NCBI RefSeq assembly: GCF_902459465.1
Contig: NC_047071.1
Span: 5,394,001-5,458,000, forward strand
Length of the DNA stretch: 64,000 bases
Direction of reading: 5' to 3'
Source: Asterias rubens
Taxonomy: Eukaryota
A model generated the notes under the pieces. The model did no database searches, was not told the DNA's origin, and worked only from the letters and a program-made list of their open reading frames with translations. Position 1 is the first letter of the stretch. Each line of letters starts with the position of its first letter. The position numbers and the translations under genes were made by a program. This document shows positions 1 to 12,075 of the stretch, piece by piece.

Positions 1-494
1 TATGTATTATCTTGTACATTTACGGTGGATTTAACCATTTGTACCATTTTGTCAAGTAATCGTTATTATTTTCATATTATTGTATGTTTGTATATTCTCT
101 AAATATTTTTATATGGAGTTGGTCTACTGTTGTAATTGCCTGTAAGGGATGATTAATTCTTTTTTAATTGAATTGAATTGAATAAGTAAATCACCTCAGC
201 AAGTAATATTTTAATTATCATTATCTTCAACCCATTTACGATGGGTTGTGTGTCATCAACCAAATCCTTCAAGAGAGGCTCCAATCTTAGTTCCAGTTTG
301 GGTACCAATTAATGTTTAACTAGCTAGAGTTCTCATCAAATGAAAAGACAAATTTTAGACCAAGGAGAAGTCTTTAATGTACAGTAAAAAGGAAGGCGAG
401 GTGATTCACTAATTTTCCAGGCTGCTGAGTTTCACTTATGTCACCACCAAATAAAATACAAAATAAATAAAAATTCAAAATGATTATGTAATAT

Positions 495-1047
495 TTACAC
501 TTTTTTGGATCCATCATCATCTTCTTCATCTCTATCCTCACGTCGATCCTCGTTGTCTCCATCATCTTCAAAGTCCTCGTCGTCTGCATCATCCTCGTCG
601 TCTGCATCATCTTCATCGTCCTCGCCTGCATCATCTTCATAGTCCTCGTCTGCATCATCTTCATCGTCCTCGTCTGCATCATCTTCATAGTCCTTGTCGG
701 CATCATCTTCATAGTCCTCGTCTGCATCATCTTCATAGTCCTCGTCACGATGATCTTGGTCGTCTGCATCATCTTCAAAGTCCTTGTCACGTCGATCCCT
801 GTCGTCTCCATCATCTTCAAAGTCCTCGTCGTCTGCATCATCTTCATCGTCCTTGTCTGCATCATCTTCATAGTCCTTGTCACGTCGATCCCTGATGTCT
901 GCATCATATTCATAGTCCTCGTCACGTCGATCCCTGTCGTCTGCATCATCTTCATAGTCCTCGTCACGTTGATCTTTGTCGTCCACATCATCATCAACAT
1001 CTTCCTCTTCCTTATCTACATGATCGTCATCCCCATCTTTCCTGGCA
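495..1047 (-). CDS. Acidic repeat exon (DEDYEDDA-type repeats)
   Basis: Part of ORF 495..1097. Polypyrimidine acceptor tttctcctttgttctccag lies immediately upstream of 1047. The ORF-track N-terminus MGVFTT... is intronic in this model. Confidence 0.75.
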
Positions 1048-4000
1048 CTGGAGAACAAAGGAGAAACTATAGGGTAAACTGTGGTAAAAACGCCCACCTG
1101 ACATGTTTCTACCTTAACTAAAAAATTACAAGATGAATTATTGAATGGGATTTATTTCTATTGAGTAGCCCTTGTATAAAAACTAATAATACAAAGGCTA
1201 TCTCCAATTCCAAAGGAGTCTCTTACCGAAAAAAGTTTGAAAATCGATTTTGTCCCACTTCGGGTAGATCCGGAAGTGGAGGTCAACTTGAGGTCACGTG
1301 TTTTCAAAATTAGTCTATAACTACAGTCTAAAAATCGAGTACTTCTTAAGATATGGTCCCACTTCCGGGTGAAAAATCTTGACGGTAGGTCGGAACAGCT
1401 AATAAAAATCTAGACGAAAACAAAACCTGTTTGACGGTAGGTCGGAACATCTTATAATAAAGACACTAACAAATCTGGAAGAAAATAACACCTATTCTGA
1501 TAGTAGGCCAGAACAGTTAAAAAATACTTATTTCGGTTACAGTATTTCCATCTTGGTTTTTTCCAGTCTCCCTTTTAATAATTTTTTGTTTTTCCAAACT
1601 TGATATTTTTTAGCAGGTTTGGGGTTTTAATGTGTGATGTGTGTTTGGGCTGCTCAAATAAAACAGACTGCTATTTCAACTGATCAATACAATGATAACC
1701 CATATGAGCTTTATCATCAAGAAATATTACACACTGATTTATTAGCGAATCACAAAAACGATTATGACAGGAGGGCAACTAATGAAGCATTCAGAACAAA
1801 CAAATATTAGATGATATTGGTAGTAAACTAATCTGTTGACCAAAAATAAGGTGAAGAAGATCATTCTAAATCTAAATTACCTTTTCTCCTGCTCGTTGTG
1901 ATCAGTTGCCTCATCAGCAATAGGGGAGCTTAAACAAAATAATGAAAATGCATGTAAGAATTGCTTCCTTAGTAACTTAATATTGGTTTTTAAAGACTCT
2001 TGAGGTTGAGCTTTAAAAGGTCTGGATACTTATTGTAGCACAATACACATTGGCCACAGATTTACCTAAACCTTTTTCGGTTTGCAGATAATTATTATAG
2101 AAGCTTCCAATAAAGTATTACTTGCTGTGGTGCTGTAGTTTTTTAGAATTAAAAATTAATATCTGTGAAAAAATAAATCAAACATTACCAGAACTGGTAT
2201 TGAATAGCAACACAATACCTTTTTGCATGCCGCTTATTTATTGTTCATCTAGCTTAGACAACAATTATTTTTTGACACTATATTTGGGAAACAATTAATT
2301 AGATTGTTAAGGCCTCCCATTTCACTTGAAACGAATTATAACCAGAAAGGCTTGATTTTTTGCATTACACAGAAATGAACCACAGAAATGGCCAAATAAC
2401 AGTGCACCTTCTCGGTGGAATATACAGCTAGATAGTGCGAAGGTTCGCTGGTCCGAAGATTCGTTAGTCCGAAGGTTCCATAGTCCAAATTGAGCATAAG
2501 GTTCGATTGTCGGTTCAGACTATCAGACCTTAATTGTCAATTCGGACTATGGAACCTTCTGACATCGAGCCTTTTGGGACTACTGAACCTTCGGACTAAC
2601 AGACCTTCGGACGTCTATCGGGTGGACACCTTCTTAGTGAACATTGACCTTGACAACAGTGTCCCACAACTGTTATCTTCCACAAATTGTATATCCGGAT
2701 CAAAATTATTTGTGGATACTTAATTGAAATTTGTATTTTGCCCATTTTTGGTTGCCACAGCAATGAATTATTTTTTTGTATGCGCGCTGCAAACCTGTGT
2801 ACATTAGGCCAACTTCAACTGATCTCAATGTGTGGTATACAACATGTAATCTGACAATTGAAACATTTTTACTGTAAAATAATGATTTAATCTGATCTTA
2901 CCACACAAATAACAGATTAAATAATAATTTTATAATAAAATGCTACAAATCGAAATAAATAGAAATACAAAAGTAAATACAACCTGTAGGCTACATGAAG
3001 TACAGGCCTATATTTGGAATGCAATTGCTATGGCAATTGAAAATTTGAAAACGGCCCACATTTCAAGTCATTGATGTTTAATATTTTGTGCCTGGAGCAA
3101 AATTTGATGGGGCCCTGCAAAAATTGTATAAAATGATTTTGGTTATTATATATACAACTCTTCGACAGTTCTACCAAAACAAGTAACGATAGTGAAAGAC
3201 TTAAAATGATAGTACAAAGCTTCCCTTGGTACCATTGTTATTTTTTTTTATGAGTTATAATAAAGAATGTCACAACATTATGTATTTGGTAGACTATATG
3301 AATCAATGTTCAATTTGAACTTACTCTTCTTCACCAGTCAATATCTTGCCTCCAGCAGCCAACTCTTCAAGTATATTCATTGCCTAAAGTGTCACTTGAA
3401 ATTGTGTGGTTTTCTTTTTACCATACTATTAACTTGGTCGGCCATTTATGGGAGTCAAATTTCCATGGAAATGTAAACCTTCATGCCAACATTTTTAAAT
3501 TGCACAAATGGGACAAATGAGAAATCATTTTGTAGCTTTGTATGATTTTGAACAAAATATAATTGTTACTATAATGTTTAGCGGCTTAGGTGATATTTTG
3601 AAGTGAAAAACAATGACATCGGCACAGAAATAATGTTTGCAAAATTTATCCAATAAATGTGCTTGTTTTGGTTTTGTACCTGGTCACGGTCAGAGTTTGC
3701 AACAACACAATGTTGGGAAGGGGGGAAAATTCATTAATGGTTTTCAATATTTTACTTTTCTGATGTATGTACATTTATTAAATGGCAGAAAATGTTCAAA
3801 TTTACATTACAAAAGACTATTGGTACAATACCCTCTTTATATACATGGAATTATTATTTTAAAAAATCTTCTGAATTTTACACAAAATATCATTAAAATT
3901 TAATTACTTCCAAAATTCAATAGGTGACCTTTGACTTTGGCACCGTTCACCCACCAACTTTAAACTTTCACAATTTTTAAATACATCAGTCAAATCTATA

Positions 4001-7000
4001 TGTATCTGGACCAAATTGTGGTTAAGGGGACTCTTTTAAGGTAAGGCAACATTTTGAAGTTGAGGTTATTTTCGGTTGCCACATATGCATTTATGCATAC
4101 AACTTGGATTAAAACTGTTTCTTAATACACACCAATTGAATTAATTTACACTTAAAATAAAGTCCAATAATATGGTTATAAGGCCAAGTAAAATAAATAA
4201 CATGTTGCTCTTCCGGACTTTTTCAAAAAGTTTGTGAGGGAGGTCCTTGTTATTTTTTATTTTCAAATTTTTTGTTGTTATTTTTTTCAAGATGGCCACC
4301 ATGTCTAAGATGGCCGCAATATCGTATTTGAAGATGGTTTTATGGTTTTATGAGTATGTTCTGTATGTCGTGAAATTCTGTGTGTGTTTCTGTGTCTATT
4401 TTGATTAAATGTTTTAAAATACCAAGTTTCTCATTAAAGCCATTATACACTCGGTAAACAGTATGGTCCAAATCCCACACTTTGTGTATCACAACTTATA
4501 TATAAAATAACAGACTTGTGAAAATTTAGGTTCAAGTCGGAAGAAAATAACGGGAAAACCCTTTTTTTTTTCTCGCGCGTTTCGCCGTGTCATGACATGT
4601 GTTTAAAATAAATTCGCAATTCTCGCTAACAAGAATTTATATTGTAGGCCTACATGTAAGAAAGATGATGATATCGCTCAATAAAAATGAAGGGTACAAT
4701 TGAAATAGCTATCAATAACATGAAAATGTGCCTAAATTTTTTTACATTTTTTATAAACAAAAACAACCAAAAATCGGTGCGGCTACCGTAAATCGAGGTG
4801 GGTGGGGACAAGCAACATGTTATTTATTTTTCTTGGCCTATAAAAATTATTTGAAATGTGGGTATGTATTTATCCTATGTTTTCCCACAGCAATTAATGC
4901 ATGTATAGGCCTACTGTGTACCGTGTACGTCATGTACATCATCATGTACCAGTACTTGCATTACATGGGCACAAAATTATAATATACTATAGTTTGCAAA
5001 CAATTGTCCAAATGCATTGCTAATGCTGTTGCAATTGAAAATGGGCAAAAAAAAAAAAAAATTCACAAATGGCTTAAAGATGCTTAAAGTTTGGATTCAA
5101 TAGGTATTTTGATGATGAGGGTCGAGAAAGTTAAAAGCTTACATTTTGAGCCGACAATACATCACGTGACCAATTCTTTAATGTGTTTTATTTATATAAG
5201 AAACACTTTCCATTTGTGTTATGATTCCTGGCCATTAAAAGTAAAAGTTTTTTTCGTTAGAGCAGGTGATACTCTTTGAAATACCATCTACTCAAAAAAA
5301 TTTATTGTTTAATGTTTGGGGCCAAAAATCTGCGTAGCATCATCAATACAGCCAATGTACAGTGTTGGGTAATGATGCAACGTGTGTGACCCTATGGCAT
5401 CTGAAAAATGGGCAACCCCAATTAAAAAATGGTTTCATAAATGAAAATTATAATGAAAAAAATAAAAAATTAACACCATCCTTTGTATCATAAGAAGTTT
5501 CTAAATCGTTGCAAAATTTCATTTTGAACACTTAAGTCTCATTCATGGATTTAATGCAAGTATGTTTAAAAGTTTCCACACCAGTTTATGCATATTATAG
5601 GCCTACTGTGTAATACCTTGTACATGTACATCATGTACCAGTACTTGCCTTACATGGGCACAAAATTATTTCTAGGTATGACCTCAATTAGGGTGGTATG
5701 TCATGTGGGCATTTGTAACACTTTTGTTATACATTAACAATTTTATCTACATTTGGTTTTGTACATGTAGTAACATAACATTTTATTTTTAGGACATGAT
5801 CAATATGAGCAAATTAAATGTAGGCCTACTAGTGATTATAGGGGTTTATTCAAGGTATATAGGAATTAAAACACTGCATGTCCAAATGCATTGCGGTGGC
5901 AACCAATAATGGGCAAAATACCCAAACTCAAAAATGGTTTAATACATAAATGAAAATAAAAAAAGTTTTTTAAATTAACTCCATTTATATAATTAGAAGT
6001 CAAATCTAAATCTTTACAAAAATTAATTTTGAAGCTTGTCTCATTCATGGTGTTTATAATGCAATTATTTGAAATGTGTGTACATGTTTGTTATTATCCT
6101 GAGTGCAACAGCAGTTATTGCGTACGTAGGCCTACAGTGTATACATTGTACATCATGTACCAGTACTTGCATGACGTGGGCAAAACATTATTTCTAGATT
6201 ATCTCATTTGGTTGTATTTAATGTGTGGCCAAGAACACTTTTATTGTACAATACTGATTTTATCTTCCATATGGTGTGTAGTAACTTTTTAGAACAATAT
6301 GCAAGCCTTTTGAAGTGATATGTGCATGCAGCAGCAACCTTATACGGTACACACTATGCAATTTATTCATTGTCCAAATGCATTGCTGTGACAACCGCAA
6401 TTTAAAAATGGTTTAATGATCAATATAGCCAAGTGTAAGGCTAGTGATTGATGCAATGTGTTTTTTACACTATATGCATATGTCCAAATGTCTTGCTGTG
6501 GCAATTGTAAATGGGCAAAATACCCCAATTCAAAAATGGTTTAAATAAATGACAGTTAAAAAGTTTTTATTAACAACATTTTAATAACAAGTCCTATCTA
6601 ATCTTATTCATGGTTATAATGCAATTATTTGAAATGCGTCTGTAAATCCTATAGATGTTTTAGATGCCACAGCAATGCATGTGTACATACTGTACATTAC
6701 ATGTTTGCATTATGGACACAAAATTCAATTTAGATGATCTCAATTGGTGGTATTTGTATTATCTTCCAGTAAGCGCTTATCCACCAATCAGGGCCCAATT
6801 TCATAGAGCTGCTAAGCATAAAAATCTGCTACGCATGAAATTTCTTCCTTGATAAAAACAGGATTGTACCAACCGTCACAGTACTATACAAGGGGTAAAA
6901 ATACCATGTACTGTGTACATCAATGAACCAGTACGTGCATTACATGGGCACAAAATTATTTATATATATGATCTCAATTGGTGGTGTTTAATATGTGGCC

Positions 7001-7862
7001 ATGAACACTTTCATTGTCGTATAACAATTTTATCTTCCATGGTGTGGTACATGTCGTAACATAAGTTTTTAGAACATGATCATGTTAAAATTGCACCAAA
7101 TTTTTTTTGTATGACACTCTTTTACTCATTTTTCAAAACCAACAGCACCTAAATAGCAAGTAATATTTTAAGGAAAGCTTTTTACCATCATTATCTTTAA
7201 ATTGTGCTTCAGTTTAATGTAAGTTTTACTTGCTGAGGATGACGTACATGTAGTTTTCAAGAAATGAGTAAAACAATGTGCTGAAAATAATTTTTGAGAC
7301 CTCTTAATAATATCTTAAAAAAAATCTTGACACACTCATTACAAATGAAATTTATACATTGGTTCAAGAAGACATTTTAATATGTTTTCTTTTAATTGTT
7401 CAGCGCCCAGGAGCATGTTTACATGGATAGGCGCTATATAAATTTCCATTATTATTATTATTATTATTAAATCTATCATTTACTAAACAGCACAAGTTTG
7501 AAAGTTAAATACATACTTAGTAGAATTTGTAAAAATGCACAATACAAAAAGCAGGCCTGGCTCCAATTAAAATTGGAGCTATGCGCATCATTGCTGTTGT
7601 ATGAAACTAGCAATCAATCAGGGATGAACTGTTGTTGTAAACAACAATTTGTAAAATGCATGACTATACATGTATTTTGATGGTTTGACGTCAAATTTCG
7701 ATCACATTCCTTTTAAAGTAACAAATAATAATTTCAAGGTGTATGGTTAATAAGGACACGCCTAAAATGTCAACATCATATCAATATTTAACATATGTAT
7801 GAACCTACAAAAGAACACCCCCCCCCCCAAGTAAAAAAACGAAAAAACTCTGAACTTACCAT
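495..7862 (-). CDS. Spliced gene model, ~220-aa Asp/Glu-rich, probably disordered protein (CDS exons 7860-7862, 3325-3383, 1881-1928, 495-1047)
   Basis: Three GT-AG introns with matching phases: ATG|gtaagt ... ctttag|GCA (phase 0); GA|gtaagt ... tttaag|C (phase 2); AG|gtaatt ... ctccag|T (phase 2). The joined frame is stop-free: MAMNILEELAAGGKILTGEEDSPIADEATDHNEQEKSARKDGDDDHV...DDDGSKKV*. The 3' end could instead use a donor near 498. Confidence 0.65.
1240..1520 (-). mobile_element. Diverged copy of a hairpin-ended, HINE-like non-autonomous element
   Basis: Reverse complement of the GTTCCGACCTACCGTC hairpin motifs at 9473/9538, joined to one ACTTCCGG/GTTGACCTC unit of the 130-bp repeat at 13.1-13.5 kb. 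Confidence 0.45.
1881..1928 (-). CDS. 48-bp internal exon (SPIADEATDHNEQEK)
   Basis: Acceptor tttcattattttgtttaag and donor gtaatt; phase 2-2; in frame with the acidic exon. Confidence 0.65.
2425..2615. mobile_element. Short foldback MITE built from ~15-bp TAGTCCGAAGGTTC subrepeats
   Basis: Left half carries GTCCGAAGGTTC units and right half their complement GAACCTTCGGAC. Same family as 14541-14918. Confidence 0.6.
3325..3383 (-). CDS. 59-bp internal exon (AMNILEELAAGGKILTGEE)
   Basis: Acceptor gacactttag and consensus donor gtaagt; phase 0-2; stop-free. Confidence 0.6.
4850..7080. repeat. Degenerate tandem repeat, unit several hundred bp
   Basis: CATCATGTACCAGTACTTGC..ACATGGGCACAAAATTAT, GTCCAAATGCATTGC and AAAAATGGTTT recur at about 4.9, 5.6, 6.15 and 6.9 kb. 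Confidence 0.7.
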
Positions 7863-7990
7863 ATTTACTTGAATCTTTTCAAAGTCACTTGAAAGTTAGG
7901 AAGCACAAGTACGATCTGAAGCTCTTGAGATCCACACTCGGTGAGATATTCAAGTCAGAATGAATGTCTACAGCAAGCGTGATACATTAT
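7860..7990 (-). other. Putative first exon: 5'UTR ending in the start ATG
   Basis: AATATG|gtaagt at 7862-7854. TATA-like TATAAT near 7990 and an ATTGG box further upstream. The transcription start is approximate. Confidence 0.45.
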
Positions 7991-8032
7991 ATCATGGAGC
8001 AATGATCATATGGTGGTTGTGAAATGGAAGAT

Positions 8033-8145
8033 TAAACCAAAGTTACATGCTCTGATTCGTCGAAATGGGGGACTAAACCAAAGTTACATGCTCTGATTCG
8101 TCGAAATGGGGGACTAAACCAAAGTTACATGCTCTGATTGGTCGA
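8033..8145. repeat. 41-bp tandem repeat (~2.7 copies)
   Basis: TAAACCAAAGTTACATGCTCTGATTCGTCGAAATGGGGGAC starts at 8033, 8074 and 8115. Confidence 0.9.
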
Positions 8146-9153
8146 TCGGTGAAACTATAATCCCAAAGCAATAAAAATCAAAGCACAATTAAGAGACATG
8201 ATACATCTTCAAATAAATAGAGAGTTCCAGCCAGCCAGGAGCCTGCTGGCCTACTCCAGTCAAAAGAATTAAAAAAAAAATTGACACCTCATCAAACCAA
8301 TCTAAGGGTTTATACCTATAATCCTGAAGCAATAAACATCTTAGCACCTTGGAGGTCCTCTTTGTGCTTTCAAGAAACAAAGGGTGTCAGCCAGCCAGGA
8401 GCCTACTGGCTTCTTTTCAAGTCAAAGTAATTAACAAACACTGCCACACCATAAAACCTATGAAAGGGTTTATTAGACTGAAGAGTACTGACTATTTGAT
8501 GCCTATAGGGAAGTCTTAAATGCTATCATTGGTCGATTCACATATTATTTTGCATTAGATCAACCATCTGGGATTCTGCAACTCAGATTTTGCTAACTGG
8601 GGAGAACTTTCAAGACCCCCGTTCAATCTTCAAAGCTGGTTGCTCCGTCACTCATTGACACAAAACTATCAGCCCCAACTCCAAAAATCACTGTCAAGGC
8701 TGTGGGAACAGAGCCTTGAAACAATAAAAACAGAAGAAATTTTGAAGGGCACTGGTAACTCTTCCAATCAGACCCACAATTACCAAATGTTCAAGTTTAC
8801 TTTGCTGAAAGCCTTTTATGGGGTTAACCATTTACGAATTCTAAAATGGGTTTCTCACTGCCTATATGAAACACACAGACTGTCCAGACAATCAGATTTA
8901 TGAACTCTATTAAAAATATAAAGGAGGGCAAGTTCTATTTACCAACGTCATCTATAATCCTGAAGCAATCAAAATCATAGCACCTTAGAGGTACATCTTT
9001 CATGCTTTAAAAAAATAAAGGGTGTCAGCCAGCCAGGAGCCAACTTGCTTCTTTTTCAGTTAATAAAAGAGTTTACAAACATTGCCACACATTAATTCAA
9101 TGAAATATATTGTTAACAAAGTATTTATATTTTGATAACTCCCCATTGCTTAA

Positions 9154-9382
9154 AGGAACATGTTTTTACCCCTTTGACCTCGAAATTGCGTGGTTTTTGC
9201 GAACCAACACAGACGGCGATTTATAATGGCCGGCCGTGCTTGTCAACGAGGTAAAAAGAACACCCCGCAATTTCGAGTGATACTTGTGTTGATCATTATA
9301 TTCAAATTTCTAAATATTCCAATGCATTTTGTAATAAACGGTTACAAAGAACAACTAGACCTGTCCAAGGCAACGTGTTCCT
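9154..9382. mobile_element. TTAA-flanked MITE (Kolobok/piggyBac-type target site)
   Basis: TTAA at 9150-9153 and 9383-9386; TIR AGGAACATGTT / AACGTGTTCCT. Confidence 0.7.
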
Positions 9383-9464
9383 TTAAAAGTGCAACATTCA
9401 CAAGCTGCCATCCATGGATTATTCCAATTGCGTCATGGTTCATCCATGTGCTGCATGCATTTAG

Positions 9465-9589
9465 ATCATTAGCTGTTCCGACCTACCGTCGGAACAGGTA
9501 TTGTTTTCGTCGAGATTTTTATTGTTTTTATTATTAGCTGTTCCGACCTACCGTCGGAACAGGTATTGTTTTCGTCGAGATTGTTATTA

Positions 9590-9637
<48 letters not shown>

Positions 9638-9800
9638 TTTGTTTCCGCCAAAACCCCATAGCATTTGTACACGCTCTTTATTTAAGTCTATTCTCCCAGA
9701 CCATAAGTTCAAAAGAGTGAAATCATATACCAAATTGAAGCTTAGAACATAAGCTTTACTCTAAATGTAAACAAAATTAAAAATCTTACCTAATTAGCCA
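9465..9800 (+). mobile_element. Hairpin- and (TTA)n-bearing end of a HINE-like element
   Basis: Two 10-bp-stem hairpins CTGTTCCGAC-CTACC-GTCGGAACAG (9473-9497, 9538-9562), then (TTA)n at ~9583-9636, then a segment similar to 12900-12990. Confidence 0.45.
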
Positions 9801-9813
9801 CGTAATCTTCATT

Positions 9814-10040
9814 TGAACATAACTGGATGCAGTCGCTTCCATGTTATTGTTAAATATTCTCTTTGGTAAATGCCATACAGTATGTACCTATCATGAGTTG
9901 TGCCTTCTTGAGATGAGTCTACGCGTTTGAATATAACTGGATGCAGTCACTTCCATGTTATTGTTAAACATTCTCTATGGTAAATGCCATACAGTATGTA
10001 ACTATCATGAGTTGTGACTTCTTGAGAGGAAGTCTACTCA
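9814..10040. repeat. ~115-bp tandem duplication
   Basis: TGAA(C/T)ATAACTGGATGCAGTC...CTTCTTGAGA occurs twice (about 9814 and 9929). Confidence 0.85.
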
Positions 10041-10088
10041 TTCTGTTTTCCCACCATCGTTCAGAACCCATAACAATCTAACCGAGTT

Positions 10089-10578
10089 CCGGTGTGGCGG
10101 TTTCAGACTTCCGCCGTGTTCAGTTTTCCGAGTGACGTAGCCGGAAATTTCGACACGTTGGTCAAACGGTTTTAGCTTTCCGGCGTGTTCAGTTTTCCGG
10201 GTGACCTGTCAGATACCGCCGCGAGTACCCTGGCGAGTACTGTAGTTCTCTCAGCAGTGACCCCCAAATTGTTTATATTACGATTCTTTTCTGTGTAGTC
10301 ACATAATCTCTTGCCCCATCTTTACATGTATTCATGGGTACAACTTTAGGCAGGTCCCACTCTGCTTGTATAAAAAACAACTCATACGATCCACGCGTTT
10401 GCCGCTAGCGACTCGTGGACGCCGCCATGACAGCTACCGGAGGGTGATGGATGACTCAATACGGCACTAAAAACGGACTACTTTCGCTTGCTGTGCGCAG
10501 GCATCGCATGACGTAATGCTACCGTATTTGGTCATTCGGAAAACTGAACACAGCGGAAAGTTGAAACCGCCACACCGG
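10089..10578. mobile_element. MITE with ~48-bp imperfect TIRs
   Basis: CCGGTGTGGCGGTTTCAGACTTCCGCCGTGTTCAGTTTTCCGAGTGAC pairs with GTCATTCGGAAAACTGAACACAGCGGAAAGTTGAAACCGCCACACCGG. No clear TSD. Confidence 0.7.
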
Positions 10579-11610
10579 GCCCATATACTTTGCACGCGAC
10601 AAAGTACGAAGGTTTAGGGATTTCGTTCAAACGAACGTGCGTAATTGAATAGGGGTTTTTGACGACGACGACACACCATCGTGTCCACAGATTTACACTA
10701 AACTTAAACAGTTTGAAGATAATGATACTTGAAAGCTTCCCTTAAAATATTACTTGCTGTGGTGTTGTAGTTTTTGAGAAATTAGTGAACAAACTGTCAA
10801 CGTATGACTGGGACCGAGTTGGTTTGGGACCGAGTTGACCGGGTTCGTTTTTGAGAAACGAGTGAAAAAACTGTCAACGTATGACTGGGACCGAGTTGAT
10901 TTGGGACCGAGTTGACCGGGTTCGTTTCAGGCGACGAGCGTGGACGACGAAAATAGAACGCCTGGGATTTTGACTCATTTACGGGTGAAGTCACCTTGTT
11001 TGCGCCGGGGACCATTTTGCCTAAACTAATTCAAGTATTTCGCTTTCTTTTCGGAAATTATACCATGCCATACAAAAGCTCTTTGGCAGGAATACAAAAG
11101 CAGCGATTTTATTATGCTGACGTTTCTCTTGTGGTTGAGTGGGTCATTTGTTTAGAGCTGCTTATAATAAATAGGCAAAACATTTTGCTTTATAAAAATG
11201 CAGAAATTGAGCAGAATACCTGGATTCACGACTTGTACAAAATGAGGAATGGTATTTGCTGTGTTTAGCTGCTTTTTGTGTTTTAAAAGCTATATGTAGT
11301 TTGGTCTGGTCCTGTGCCAATGACTTTTTAAAGGAAGAAACGCAGCGCTTACGTAATCAGGGAATTGTGCTTACGCTAAGCGTAATTAACAGCTTAGCAG
11401 GGAATGTGTTCTTGAGCGTCACAATTCGCAACAAAATATTTACTACAGTTGACTAATTGTGCTCAATTCCTGTGAAACTGTCACTACAAAAACAGTGACT
11501 TAAAAATTTGATTTGCATTCACAGGACAACCGTGCTTTATAACTAGTTGTGCAAAAGTAGGCCGGGCGACTAGTGTGCTTAAGTGTTAAAGTCGCGACTA
11601 CAAATTATTA

Positions 11611-12075
11611 GAGAGGTTTCGCAAGCGTGCAGATACAGATACAGATACGGATATGATAACCGTAACCGTTCACATCAGCCATGTGTTGAATTTTGTTTCG
11701 CAAACTATAGGTATGTTTCACTTGAGTCGCTCGCATTCATCATGAGTGTTTTTCTGACATACGTATGACCGATTAGAGACCCCGTGTTTTATACACTACA
11801 TTTTCGCATCTTTTTGCTTGCAAATGACTAAACAAATTCTATCTATATCAAGCACGATGTGAAAGCTATTCCGTGGAAAATATTTTTGATCGAGGACAAA
11901 AATACAACTAAAAATCTGCAAAACAGTATCCATTTATCTACGACGTGTATAAGCTCCCGTATCCTGTACGAACGTATATGCAAAATACGATAGTCGCGGA
12001 TACGCGTCACTTGAACACACAAAGTGTCGACGTATCGGTATCTGTATGTTTATCTGTACACTTGCGAAACCTCTG
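11611..12075. mobile_element. MITE with TA flanks (Tc1/mariner-like), nested in another repeat
   Basis: TIR (G)AGAGGTTTCGCAAGCGTGCAGATA / TATCTGTACACTTGCGAAACCTCT(G); TA on both sides; the flanks share GTCGCGACTAC. Confidence 0.6.

Noticed and set aside
374-1000. 208-aa Met/Thr-rich ORF and the plus-strand 123-aa ORF
   Set aside because: Shadow frames of the Asp-rich repeat; the splice sites support only the acidic frame.
495-3383. Calsequestrin or PDI C-terminus as the identity of the acidic gene
   Set aside because: Only a superficial resemblance (GGKI/acidic tail); no thioredoxin-fold exons, signal peptide or KDEL seen, and an ATG exon closes the model upstream.
8033-8145. CRISPR-like appearance of short direct repeats (also 9473-9562, 10800-10925, 24100-24650)
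   Set aside because: No unique spacers, no cas genes, and eukaryotic context; these are tandem repeats or transposon subrepeats.
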